The notes beneath the pieces are model-generated. The model worked only from the letters and a program-made list of their open reading frames with translations, ran no database searches and was not told where the DNA came from. Shown piece by piece: positions 40,079-49,716 of a stretch of DNA of 64,000 nt. The number at the start of each line of letters is the position of its first letter. Position 1 is the first letter of the stretch. A program made the position numbers and the translations under genes. The DNA is from Nitrosopumilaceae archaeon (lineage in GTDB: Archaea > Thermoproteota > Nitrososphaeria > Nitrososphaerales > Nitrosopumilaceae): the NCBI GenBank assembly GCA_965209085.1, contig OZ242376.1, forward strand, positions 192,001 to 256,000. The letters are read 5' to 3'.

Positions 40079-40735
40079 GTGTTTAATGATTGGAAAAAAA
40101 ATAAACGTACGCAATTAAAACATGGTTTTAACATTTTTTCATCACCAGTGCATGAAAATCCTCTAGTGATGATTATAACTCTAAATCCCGGAGGTGATGA
40201 AGATTTTAAATATTATCCGCAGTATAATCAGTATGAAAACGGAGAATTTAATACTATGAAAAATAATAATTGCATTTACAATTGTTCAAACTTTTTTACA
40301 AAACTTTTAGACATATTTGCACCATATCATTATAAAATATTAGACGAATCTGTTAGAATGCAAATTTTATTTTATCGCAGTAAAAATATTGGAGTATGGA
40401 ATAGCAAATTTAAATCAGATAAAAAAACAAAAAAAGATCTTGAATCATATTGTTATGATAAAACAGTTGAAGGAATAAAGAAAATAAAACCAAAATTATT
40501 GTTGATTACAGGTATTGATACATTTCATAGATTAAATAAAAATAACGACATGATAAAAAAAGAAATTTGTTATGAACCGTATAATAAGAATAAACGAGAA
40601 ATATACTCTAAAACAACGTGGTCTGAAGATAATATTCCCGTATTATCCACAATACATCCCGCTAGATTTACTAATTATTCTAAAGGAATGATCAAATCGA
40701 AACTTGATGATATTCTAAGCAACATGTACAACTAG
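40079..40735 (+). CDS. AT-rich accessory gene, uracil-DNA-glycosylase-like fold
   Basis: MIITLNPGG, IKPKLLLITG..TF and TIHPAR resemble UDG-superfamily motifs. The frame is open back to 40019. Confidence 0.55.
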   Translation: MFNDWKKNKRTQLKHGFNIFSSPVHENPLVMIITLNPGGDEDFKYYPQYNQYENGEFNTMKNNNCIYNCSNFFTKLLDIFAPYHYKILDESVRMQILFYRSKNIGVWNSKFKSDKKTKKDLESYCYDKTVEGIKKIKPKLLLITGIDTFHRLNKNNDMIKKEICYEPYNKNKREIYSKTTWSEDNIPVLSTIHPARFTNYSKGMIKSKLDDILSNMYN

Positions 40736-40806
40736 ATGCTGTAAATTCTAAAACCTGTGTAATATATGCCCGTGCCATTAATAACACAGATTGCGTACAA
40801 CACGGC

Positions 40807-42216
40807 ATGGTCACATACGATATGATAGTTTCAGGCGCCCACGTTGTAACTCCTTCCGGAATAATGGAGAGAAATATCATCATAAACGATGAAAAAATTT
40901 CCGCTATTACGATAGACGAACCCCAGTGCGACCAAAAGATCAGGACAAACGGACTGGTTGCAATACCTGGAGCAATTGACACTCACGTACATTACGGAGT
41001 TTACTCTCCAATTGACCGGGCTGCGGCAACAGAATCGCATGCAGCTGCAATAGGCGGGGTAACAACAATGATGCGCATGCTCCGATTGGGAGGATCGTAT
41101 AAAAAATTATTAAACGAGCAGCTAAAGGCAAGCTTGGAAAAACATTACGTAGATTATGCAGTCCATGCGTCGATATTTGATCTTGAACAGGCCGAAGAGA
41201 TGGATTATTGCATAAAATCCCAAATTACATCATTCAAACTGTACATGAATCTTGGATCGGAAATCGGACACGTCTACATGGACATGAAACCGGGTTCATC
41301 AAAGCTGGTAGAAGCTCGGGTGGAAGTTACAGATGAAATTGTCGATCGTGTGGTTGCAAATGCTGCAAAACTGGGATGTCCGGTACTTGTTCATGCAGAA
41401 GATTACGAGTCGTGCTCTTGCGGAATAAAAACTGCAAGAGAAAAAAATCAGGATGGACTTGCGGCATGGTCTGAGAGCCGCTCTCCTGAATACGAGGCAA
41501 AAGCCATAGGCCGCGTTTCAGCCATGGCAAGAAAGCACGGCTGTATTCTGTATTTTGTACATATAGGATCAGCTGCGGCATTGGAAAAAATACGTGCAGA
41601 GCGTAATCTTGGAACAAAAATATTCGTAGAGACATGCCCGCACTATCTGGCACTCTCCCATGAGAGTCAGACAGGCTATCTTGCAAAGGTAATGCCTCCG
41701 ATTAGAACTCGAAAAGATCAGGATGCTGTATGGAATGCCGTATGCTCTGGCGAAATTAACACCATAGGCACGGATCATGTTGCAAACCGGATAAAATCAA
41801 AACTAGATGGGACCCACGAGGAGGGCGTGTGGGGAGCCCTTGCAGGATTTCCTGGAATAGGTACGTCCCTGCCGGTTCTTGCCAGCATGGGGGTAAACGA
41901 GGGAAAACTCTCGCTTGAAAGGCTTGTAAATCTTACCAGCACCAACGCTGCCAAAATATTCTCGCTTGCACCAGGCAAGGGCACCATATCTGTGGGTGCT
42001 GATGCAGATATTGCCATACTGGATATGAAACTTGAAAACAAAGTATCCAGTGAGATATTCGGAGGATTTTCAGATTATACCGTATACGAGGGATGGAACC
42101 TAAGGGGTTGGCCCGTAAAAACAATCGTACGAGGAAGTCTTGTTGCAGAAAACTTTGAGATCGTGGGAAAATTAGGACACGGCAAACTCGTACCGCGCAC
42201 TATTTTGCAATCCTGA
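40807..42216 (+). CDS. Cyclic amidohydrolase (dihydroorotase/hydantoinase family)
   Basis: PGAIDTHVH, FKLYM, VHAED, ETCPHYL and GTDH motifs. Confidence 0.88.
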   Translation: MVTYDMIVSGAHVVTPSGIMERNIIINDEKISAITIDEPQCDQKIRTNGLVAIPGAIDTHVHYGVYSPIDRAAATESHAAAIGGVTTMMRMLRLGGSYKKLLNEQLKASLEKHYVDYAVHASIFDLEQAEEMDYCIKSQITSFKLYMNLGSEIGHVYMDMKPGSSKLVEARVEVTDEIVDRVVANAAKLGCPVLVHAEDYESCSCGIKTAREKNQDGLAAWSESRSPEYEAKAIGRVSAMARKHGCILYFVHIGSAAALEKIRAERNLGTKIFVETCPHYLALSHESQTGYLAKVMPPIRTRKDQDAVWNAVCSGEINTIGTDHVANRIKSKLDGTHEEGVWGALAGFPGIGTSLPVLASMGVNEGKLSLERLVNLTSTNAAKIFSLAPGKGTISVGADADIAILDMKLENKVSSEIFGGFSDYTVYEGWNLRGWPVKTIVRGSLVAENFEIVGKLGHGKLVPRTILQS

Positions 42217-42877
42217 TTTTTTCAAATTTACCACCCATCTTTGCCTTGTAAATAATGTCAGGTTTGCGCAAAAATATTCCAACTTCGGCCACGCCGGCTA
42301 CTGTGGAAATTTTTCTGGAAAGTAACGCGGGAGTTTTTATCGTGCCAAAGTCACAGTCTAGTATTAAATTTCCATTTTCAGTGATAAACGGATATCCACG
42401 ATCAAGTGTGCGCAAAACGGGTTTGCCGCCCATTTTTTTAATCACAGTATCTGCTGTATATTTTGCAAAAGGATGTATCTCCACTGGCACGCTTTTGTTC
42501 AGATATTTGGAAAACTTTGTGTGATCCGCCATGATGACTATTTTCTGTGCAGAGCTTGCAAGAATATTCTCGCGCAACAGGGCGCCGCCTCCGCCTTTGA
42601 TCAGATACCCGTGCGAATCTATCTGATCTGCCCCGTCAAAAACCGTATCCACCATGCCTGAGGCCAAAAGCGGTATGCCGCATGATTTTGCAACTTGTGC
42701 AATTTGCATGGATGTTGGCACACCATATACGGAGATGTTATTTTTTTTACAGTATTTGCCAAGAGCTAGCACAAACGCTGTGGCTGCCCTTCCGCTGCCA
42801 AGACCTAGTACCTGATTGTTCTTTACTAGCTTTAAAGCATCAGCTGATAATGCCTCAAAGGCACCATCAAAAGACGT
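42200..42877 (-). CDS. rpiA: Ribose-5-phosphate isomerase A (apparent ACG start)
   Basis: DGADQID, KGGGGALLRE and TENGN motifs. The GLGSGRA motif lies upstream of the first canonical start and the frame opens at ACG 42877. Confidence 0.9.
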   Translation of the reverse strand, partial: TSFDGAFEALSADALKLVKNNQVLGLGSGRAATAFVLALGKYCKKNNISVYGVPTSMQIAQVAKSCGIPLLASGMVDTVFDGADQIDSHGYLIKGGGGALLRENILASSAQKIVIMADHTKFSKYLNKSVPVEIHPFAKYTADTVIKKMGGKPVLRTLDRGYPFITENGNLILDCDFGTIKTPALLSRKISTVAGVAEVGIFLRKPDIIYKAKMGGKFEKIRIAK

Positions 42878-43759
42878 CTATTCCACCTCTACCTGGTCTA
42901 ATTTTTCCAAAGTCTTCATGATGTCTTTTTTGAGTTTGTCAAGATCCGATGTATCCTCCAAATCAGCATCCTGTTCTGGAGTCAGATCCTGGATCACTTT
43001 TGGAGGCGTTATCAGCGGTTCCTGCTTTGGAATATCCACACTCTGCTGCGCTGGAGTGTATTCTGGTTTTGGAGCAGGTTTTGATATGTCCGGTCTTGGC
43101 GTATCAATAACTGGCCTGTATTCTGTTTTTAGCTCTGATTGCTGCATAGCAGTCTGTGTCGTTTGAATTTTAGGTTCTGGTGGAACAAAAGACTGGGATC
43201 TTTTTGCAAGAGGAGTAAGGGTGGTAATCTCCACGCGGCTGCGTACATTTTCCATCTGGGAAATTTTTTCCTGTTGGATGCTGGATATTTTGGGAACATG
43301 AATGCGCGGTTTGGATTCTTTACTGGATGATCTCTCATATGCTTCTGTTTGTATCGATGTTGCGGAAATCTTTGAGGATATCTCGTGCAGTTTTTCATCC
43401 AAAGCTGAAAGCTTTTGATCCATTAGAGTGACAAGTCCGTCGCCTATCGGACCCATGTCCGGATGTTTGCTTGCAATCTCTAATTTTTCAATTCTTGCCA
43501 AAACTATGCCAAGCTGGTGCTGGTATTTTGAAAGCAGTTTGCCGCGTTTTTCTCCATCCACTTTGGCATCATGTTGGTAAAGTCTTGATACGGTTTTCAC
43601 AAGTATGTCCCGCTCGACTTCCATGTATGCAATTTCTTTTTGTATGCGCGGATTTGCACCTATGATTTTGAGTGCTGGCGTATTTCTTGGAAATTTTGCA
43701 AATGCTACAGCAGATGCTGCTCCAGCCAAGCCCGTCAGTAAAAATGCGAGCTCTTGCAT
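42878..43759 (-). CDS. Hypothetical protein (N-terminal TM, coiled coil, Pro-rich linker)
   Basis: 293-aa ORF in the lsm-rpl37e-rpiA operon. Confidence 0.75.
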   Translation of the reverse strand: MQELAFLLTGLAGAASAVAFAKFPRNTPALKIIGANPRIQKEIAYMEVERDILVKTVSRLYQHDAKVDGEKRGKLLSKYQHQLGIVLARIEKLEIASKHPDMGPIGDGLVTLMDQKLSALDEKLHEISSKISATSIQTEAYERSSSKESKPRIHVPKISSIQQEKISQMENVRSRVEITTLTPLAKRSQSFVPPEPKIQTTQTAMQQSELKTEYRPVIDTPRPDISKPAPKPEYTPAQQSVDIPKQEPLITPPKVIQDLTPEQDADLEDTSDLDKLKKDIMKTLEKLDQVEVE

Positions 43760-43760
43760 G

Positions 43761-43928
43761 CTAGGTGTACCATTTTACCCATGAATACTTTCTAATCTTT
43801 GCGTCCGGATAGCCGCAGCTTGCGCAGCGCAAATGACGTTTGTGAAAAGCGTTCCTGCCGCAGCGTCTGCAGCGAATGTGGACTTTTTTCTTTGTATAAC
43901 CACCCATGGAGGTGGTGCCCTTTACCAT
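43761..43928 (-). CDS. rpl37e: 50S ribosomal protein L37e (not in the ORF track)
   Basis: MVKGTTSMG...[13 protein letters not shown]...CASCGYP...RKYSW; GGTGA SD; directly follows the Sm gene. Confidence 0.95.
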   Translation of the reverse strand: MVKGTTSMGGYTKKKVHIRCRRCGRNAFHKRHLRCASCGYPDAKIRKYSWVKWYT

Positions 43929-43931
43929 TGG

Positions 43932-44165
43932 TTATTCACCAGGTGGAGGGGATATCATTATAACATTGTCTCCCCTGACTACGATGGTTCCAAGCGTTAT
44001 TGCGTTGCTTTCTCCACCCAATTCCTCAGAAGAGTCCAGTATGAGATTCATGTGCTGATCAAAGCCCATCAGCTTGCCCCGTATGGTTTTGTTGCCTTTG
44101 AGCTTTACCAAAACGATCTTGTTAATGCTCTCATCAAGTACCTTTACTGCCATATCAACGGACAT
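43932..44165 (-). CDS. Sm/LSm archaeal protein
   Basis: GKLMGFDQHMNLIL and VRGDNV motifs. Confidence 0.93.
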   Translation of the reverse strand: MSVDMAVKVLDESINKIVLVKLKGNKTIRGKLMGFDQHMNLILDSSEELGGESNAITLGTIVVRGDNVIMISPPPGE

Positions 44166-44207
44166 GTTATACACACTAAAACTCCATTATATTAAAATTT
44201 CATCCAG

Positions 44208-44918
44208 TCATGAGGCGGATTTGCCAGCGCACGCACGGCATTTTTTTTCCAAATTGGCTGTTATAAGATCAAGCATCTTTTTGCCCTCCGCTGCCGTAGC
44301 TTTTCTTGGATCCCCCCATATGCCGTTTTTTGTAACAGAAACAAACGATTTTGATGCTAATTTGGCGGCTTTCTCCAATTCAGCTCCTGTGGGCTCGTAT
44401 CCTTTCATTGCCCGGCTCATCCTGGTATTCTTTGAGACTGCCAGCATCAGAGAGGTCTCTATGTGTCCGGCATGATCAAAACCCCTGTCCATAAATTTCC
44501 AGTACGAAAATACAAACGTCCTGATTTTGCACGCTCTGTTTGTCATTTCTTCAACACCCTTTAGGGCATCCTGATTTCCATGGTGTCCGTTTATGATGAA
44601 CAAAGTGCGCACCCCTAGTGCTGCAGCGGACACTGCCACGTCGCGTACAATGGATCGCAGTGTGGATGGGCGTAGACTCAGATTGAAAAGTGGAGCGTGT
44701 TCTCGTGAAACGCCGTACTGTATGGGAGGCAAAAGAAGGTATCCGGTTTTTTTGCACAACCGTTTTGAAATCTCCTGCGCCAAATCCGCATCAGTGGACA
44801 CGGGAAGATGCGCGCCATGCTGTTCTATGGAACCTATGGAAATTACCGCTATGCGTTTTTTGAGTGTCTCCCTGCGCAGTTCTGGATCAAAACCGTCTAT
44901 CACATCGGACAATTGCAT
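44208..44918 (-). CDS. Creatininase family protein
   Basis: GSIEQHGAHLP..TD, NGHHGN and DHAG..ETS motifs. Confidence 0.9.
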   Translation of the reverse strand: MQLSDVIDGFDPELRRETLKKRIAVISIGSIEQHGAHLPVSTDADLAQEISKRLCKKTGYLLLPPIQYGVSREHAPLFNLSLRPSTLRSIVRDVAVSAAALGVRTLFIINGHHGNQDALKGVEEMTNRACKIRTFVFSYWKFMDRGFDHAGHIETSLMLAVSKNTRMSRAMKGYEPTGAELEKAAKLASKSFVSVTKNGIWGDPRKATAAEGKKMLDLITANLEKKCRACAGKSAS

Positions 44919-45751
44919 CACTTTTTGATGTGGACCTTTCTCCACCGGACATCAATTTTTCCGTTTATGTGAAGTTTTGCCGCATTCAGTAATGTAAGAG
45001 CTTCTAGCTTTTGTCCCTGTTTTTTTACACTTTCCAATGCATCCTCAGGTTCAACCTTGAAAGAGTTTTGGAGTATTATTGGACCCTGGTCTAAATTTTC
45101 CGTAACATAATGGGCTGTGACACCGACCGTTTTTGTTCCCCTCTCGTATGCTTGAGCGTATGCTGCAGCTCCCGGAAATGCCGGAAGCAGCGACGGATGT
45201 ATGTTGATTATTCTGTTTGGATAACGCCAGACAAAGTTTGGCGTCAGTATCCGCATGTATCTTGCAAGCAGTATGAGATCGATTGAATATTTTTTACACG
45301 AGGATATTATCTGGGATTCGGCTTTGTCCTGTCCTCGTTCTGTAATGAGTACAAATGGCACGCCGGCTTTTTTGGCATCTAACGCAAGCGTTTTTTCGGT
45401 CCCAACAACCACTGATACCTTGCATCTGAGACTTTTGCGCGCCTTTAGTATGGCGTCAAGGCAGTGGGATTCTTTTGTGACAAACACGGCCACGTTCTTT
45501 CTTTTACCCGTCTCATAGTGCGCATTTGAATCCATTTTGAATTTTTTTGCCAGCGCATCAATGCGTTTTTCCAGATTTGATGTTTTTTTGACAAATGATG
45601 CCTCTAGATACATTCCAAATATTCCCTTTACCACGTTTTGACTGATCTTTTCGACGTTTCCGCCCTCTTCAAATATCATGCTAGTAAAGGCTGCAACCGT
45701 ACCCTCGCAGTCTTTGCCCACCACAGTTATCCCAACACGTGTTTTTTTCAT
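44918..45751 (-). CDS. purU: Formyltetrahydrofolate deformylase
   Basis: ACT domain; LARYMRIL, INIHPSLLPAF and LDQGPII motifs. Confidence 0.9.
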   Translation of the reverse strand: MKKTRVGITVVGKDCEGTVAAFTSMIFEEGGNVEKISQNVVKGIFGMYLEASFVKKTSNLEKRIDALAKKFKMDSNAHYETGKRKNVAVFVTKESHCLDAILKARKSLRCKVSVVVGTEKTLALDAKKAGVPFVLITERGQDKAESQIISSCKKYSIDLILLARYMRILTPNFVWRYPNRIINIHPSLLPAFPGAAAYAQAYERGTKTVGVTAHYVTENLDQGPIILQNSFKVEPEDALESVKKQGQKLEALTLLNAAKLHINGKIDVRWRKVHIKK

Positions 45752-45794
45752 GGTGGAATGTTTTGTGAATTGACATTTAACCATATCCCTAGGG

Positions 45795-45882
45795 TGGTGC
45801 GGAAGGTGGGATTCGAACCCACGAACACCTGAGTGACAGGGACCTAAACCCTGCGCCTTTGGCCATGCTTGGCAACTCCCGC
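45795..45882 (-). tRNA. tRNA-Leu(TAG), CCA encoded
   Basis: Reverse complement GCGGGAG...CAGGG-TTTAGGT-CCCTG, long variable arm, GTGGG-TTCGAAT-CCCAC. Confidence 0.93.
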
Positions 45883-46193
45883 ACGGATTCTCTTTGAGAC
45901 ATAAACTTAACGTTTGTCATGATGTTTTGCTGATAAATTCACATACGCACTAGATCTAGATGCATAAACTGTGATCTGAAATGAGATTGGATATCTGTAT
46001 TTATATGATAATTTTGGAATATTTTAGAGATCTTTCAGACTTTATTATATCATCATTTTCTAAACAACAACGGACGTGCTAGTTATGCCGCATTATAATA
46101 TTATCAAAAAACAACTGTAATTTTGTCCACTAGTTATTAACGATAATTTGATCACTATGATCTTTTAAACACCATTTCTGCTATAAAGGATCC

Positions 46194-46430
46194 ATGAATT
46201 TTGAAACCGAATTTATGCAAGAAAAATGGTCAAAAGACGTTGATGCATTAAGACTGGATGTCGATGCATTTAGAAATTATTTTGATCAACATAAAAAATG
46301 TGTTTGTCCAATATATGACTGCAAACATTATAAAAAAGCACTTGTAAAAATTCTGGGAGATCGAATTCATAATCTTTGTCAAACCAGTATTGATATTGGC
46401 GTTAAAACGTATTATGATGTAATGAAATGA
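46194..46430 (+). CDS. Small Cys/His-containing hypothetical protein in AT-rich islet
   Basis: 78 aa with CVCPIYDC...IHNL. Confidence 0.55.
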   Translation: MNFETEFMQEKWSKDVDALRLDVDAFRNYFDQHKKCVCPIYDCKHYKKALVKILGDRIHNLCQTSIDIGVKTYYDVMK

Positions 46431-46438
46431 TAATGAAA

Positions 46439-47437
46439 TTAAATTTCAATATTTAAAATTTTACCTAGTGATTTTTCAGTATATTTTTTATGTAGTGTTT
46501 CAAATGTTTCATTTAAACGAACAATATCGTGGGTTGATACAGGAATGGATGATTGTTCAAAATGTTTTCTAAAATATTGTGAAGATTTGTATAAATTTAA
46601 TTCTTTTTTAATGGTACAAGTTAGATGTGTATCTGCCAATAACAATCCGTATTTGAAACCATTTAGTGCTTTTAAAAGATAATCTGCAACATTTTGGTTT
46701 CCTTTTTTTGTCATAAATGAATACGCATCTAATCCGTTCCAGTGATGTTTTAAAGAGCTGACTAAGTCATTATCTACCTTTACCGTCATGGATGTTAACC
46801 GCAATATTTTATCATTTTTATGTTGACGAATAAATGTAAAATTTAATTCGTTGTCTGGATTATTTTTACTTATACTTTGTCGTCGACCAAAAAATGTGAT
46901 AATTTCATCATCATGCTTGAGACAATCGTGATATAAAAATTCAAATTTTTTATTATCCATATTTTCATCTAAAGATGCCACAAATCGTTTTTTAGGAATT
47001 ATACTTCTATAATATTCGTAATCCTCTGAAATATTTTGTACATGTTTGAGAAATATTTTGATTAATTTAAATCCACATTGTTTTTGAAATTCAATGAGAT
47101 GTTCATTATTTATTCTTGAAAACTTGAAGGAAGTTTTTTTATCTCCTTTTGCGCCATTTATGGCAAATAAAAATAAATAACTCGGAAATTTGTTGATCAT
47201 TTTTGTAATTATTTCTAATCGTTCATTTTTATAATCTTCATCACTAACAAGCTTTTGAGGTTCAAATTCTATTATTTCTACAATTTTTGTTTTAAAATCA
47301 AAAGGAGAAAAATTTCCTTTTTCTGCGTTATTTAGATTTGTAGATGTTATTACCTGTGTCGGAAATGTACTTTGAATTCCGTGAATAGTAAACGATCCAT
47401 AACGAATACCATTTTTGATCTTGACAGTTATCGTCAT
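46439..47437 (-). CDS. AT-rich hypothetical protein, possibly a divergent TGT/DpdA-like barrel
   Basis: 332-aa ORF whose N- and C-terminal patterns recall tRNA-guanine transglycosylases. No DSGG motif is seen. Confidence 0.6.
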   Translation of the reverse strand: MTITVKIKNGIRYGSFTIHGIQSTFPTQVITSTNLNNAEKGNFSPFDFKTKIVEIIEFEPQKLVSDEDYKNERLEIITKMINKFPSYLFLFAINGAKGDKKTSFKFSRINNEHLIEFQKQCGFKLIKIFLKHVQNISEDYEYYRSIIPKKRFVASLDENMDNKKFEFLYHDCLKHDDEIITFFGRRQSISKNNPDNELNFTFIRQHKNDKILRLTSMTVKVDNDLVSSLKHHWNGLDAYSFMTKKGNQNVADYLLKALNGFKYGLLLADTHLTCTIKKELNLYKSSQYFRKHFEQSSIPVSTHDIVRLNETFETLHKKYTEKSLGKILNIEI

Positions 47438-47700
47438 GCTTTTTTTTAAAGATTGACAGTTATAAAATTATTGTTGATCGCGTTTCTTTATCATGAATAT
47501 CGGTTATATTATTTTACATCATGTATAATTTAATATTTTGATCGATCCCATATCTTTCAATTAATTTCTTAATTTTGATGTCCAAAAACCTCTATAACTG
47601 CCAGCTCCCCAATATTTGATTTTAATATATCTGATCGCATGACACTTTGATCAATATCATAATGGATACTAACAAATTTGGCGTATATTGAGCATATGTA

Positions 47701-49104
47701 ATGGCGCGCCTCTTTGGAACAAACGGCATACGCGGTGTCTTTGGTGAAGACATGAGTCTGCAGTTTGCACACGATATTACACTCTCCTTGGCAGTACATT
47801 TTGGCAAAGGACCGGTATTGGTCGGATACGATGGACGGCATTCGGGTCCGGCTATGGCAAAAACGGTCTGCTCTTCTCTAAACTATGCCGGACTTGACTG
47901 CAGTCTTACAGGACTGGTACCTACCCCGTGTCTGGAATTTGCCGTAAAAAAACTTGGATATGCCTGGGGAATAATGATAACAGCCTCGCACAATCCCCCC
48001 GAATACAACGGCATAAAACCGGCAGGAGCAAACGGCACGGAGATATCCAGGCAGGCTGAGCTTGATGTGGAATCGATATATTTTGAGGGATCAAAACCGC
48101 CAAAACCTGCCAAATGGGGAACGACACGCAAAGAAACCGGCGCAATTGACGCATACATTAAAGGAATACTATCACACGTTGATGTAAAATCAATACAAAT
48201 GAAAAAACTCTCCATTGTACTGGACATGGGGAATGGTGCGCAAACAGTTGCTGCAAAAACTTTATGTGAAAATCTTGGCTGCAAAACTTTTGAGATAAAC
48301 GGAAACATTGACGGGGATTTTCCCGGCAGGGGACCGGAACCGACCCCTGAAAACCTTTCGGATCTTTCATCGGCCATCAAAGAGCATTCGGCCAACCTTG
48401 GAGTTGCGTTTGACGGCGACGGGGATCGCAGTATGTTTTGTGATGAGCTTGGCAACATACTCACAGGGGACAGGTCAGCGTTACTTTTTACCGAATACAT
48501 TTTGGAAAAAAACCCAGGCTCTACGGTGGTAACATGTCTCAACTCTGGCGGAGCTATTGAAGAGCTTGCATCTAGGACAAACTCAAAGATCATCCGCACA
48601 AAGGTGGGCAGCGTAGAGGTAACGCAGAGAATGCTGCAAGAGGATGCACTTGCAGGATTTGAAGAAAACGGCGGCTACATGTACGGCCCGCACAATCAGG
48701 TTCGGGATGGGGCGATGACCATGGCACTTGCCTTGGAGATGCTTGCAACAGGGACAAAGAGCATCTCGCAAAAAATACAATCACTGCCCGCATCATATAC
48801 TGGAAAACGCAAGGTTGTATGCAATGCCGAACACGTCAAGGCACTCTTGGATATCTTTGCAAAAGAATATCCTGACGCGGATACGCGTGATGGCATCAAA
48901 GTCTCCCTTGGTGGCAAAAAATGGGTCATGGTGCGTCCAAGCGGAACCGAGCCCATAGTGCGGGTTTATGCAGAAGCCTCTTCTGAGAGCGAACTTGTTG
49001 ATCTGCTCTCAAAATACGTCAGCAAAATAGAATCAACCCTAGCCGATAACACTTTTAATACCAATACAGGACAGCTTGAAGATGGAGACAATATTAACAG
49101 GTGA
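47701..49104 (+). CDS. glmM: Phosphoglucosamine mutase
   Basis: LFGTNGIRG, ITASHNP, FDGDGDR and RPSGTEP motifs. Confidence 0.88.
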   Translation: MARLFGTNGIRGVFGEDMSLQFAHDITLSLAVHFGKGPVLVGYDGRHSGPAMAKTVCSSLNYAGLDCSLTGLVPTPCLEFAVKKLGYAWGIMITASHNPPEYNGIKPAGANGTEISRQAELDVESIYFEGSKPPKPAKWGTTRKETGAIDAYIKGILSHVDVKSIQMKKLSIVLDMGNGAQTVAAKTLCENLGCKTFEINGNIDGDFPGRGPEPTPENLSDLSSAIKEHSANLGVAFDGDGDRSMFCDELGNILTGDRSALLFTEYILEKNPGSTVVTCLNSGGAIEELASRTNSKIIRTKVGSVEVTQRMLQEDALAGFEENGGYMYGPHNQVRDGAMTMALALEMLATGTKSISQKIQSLPASYTGKRKVVCNAEHVKALLDIFAKEYPDADTRDGIKVSLGGKKWVMVRPSGTEPIVRVYAEASSESELVDLLSKYVSKIESTLADNTFNTNTGQLEDGDNINR

Positions 49105-49110
49105 AATTTA

Positions 49111-49497
49111 ATGGCGGATCCATATTATGTAAAATTTGAAACACCAGAGGATCTTGTAAATCCAATATACGAGGCAGTCCGGGTTTCAGCTGAGAATGGC
49201 AAAGTCAAAAAAGGCACAAACGAGGCCACAAAGGCCGTAGAGCGCGGTACTAGCAAGCTTGTTGTTATTGCAAAAGATGTGGATCCTCCAGAACTTGTAG
49301 CCCATCTGCCAATTTTATGTGAGGAGCAAAATTCCGCTTATGTCTTTGTTCCCAGTAAACAGGATTTAGGCAAAGCACTTGGCATCGGCATCGTATCTGC
49401 AGCCGCAGCCATAGTAGATGCCGCAGACGCCCAGCACATTGTCGATCAAGTGATCAACACGATATCAGAGATCAAAGGCGGCAAGACCAAAGCATGA
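49111..49497 (+). CDS. rpl7ae: 50S ribosomal protein L7Ae
   Basis: [14 protein letters not shown] and [12 protein letters not shown] motifs; GGTGA SD with a 6-nt spacer. Confidence 0.96.
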   Translation: MADPYYVKFETPEDLVNPIYEAVRVSAENGKVKKGTNEATKAVERGTSKLVVIAKDVDPPELVAHLPILCEEQNSAYVFVPSKQDLGKALGIGIVSAAAAIVDAADAQHIVDQVINTISEIKGGKTKA

Positions 49498-49706
49498 GCA
49501 CAGAACAGGAAGAAGTAGTCTCAGCTGAAGTAATCCAAGTAGTGGGTCGGACCGGTATTGCAGGTGAGGTAATTCAAGTCAGGGTAAAAATCATGCAGGG
49601 AGCAGATTCTGGACGCATTCTTACCCGAAACGTCAAAGGCTCAGTCCGTATGGGAGACATACTCAGACTGCGTGAGACAGAAAGAGAGGCTAAAAAGATC
49701 AAATAG
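49494..49706 (+). CDS. rps28e: 30S ribosomal protein S28e
   Basis: GRTG..GE..QV, RNVKG.VR.GDIL and ETEREA motifs. Confidence 0.96.
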   Translation: MSTEQEEVVSAEVIQVVGRTGIAGEVIQVRVKIMQGADSGRILTRNVKGSVRMGDILRLRETEREAKKIK

Positions 49707-49716
49707 GTGAAATGAT

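Noticed and set aside
47569-47700. Short minus-strand ORF tail (MRSDILKSNIGELAVIEVFGHQN)
   Set aside because: The ORF-track call is largely antisense to glmM and its promoter, with no independent support.
49050-49110. Possible L7Ae autoregulatory K-turn in the rpl7ae leader
   Set aside because: I could not build a convincing tandem G.A K-turn from the sequence.
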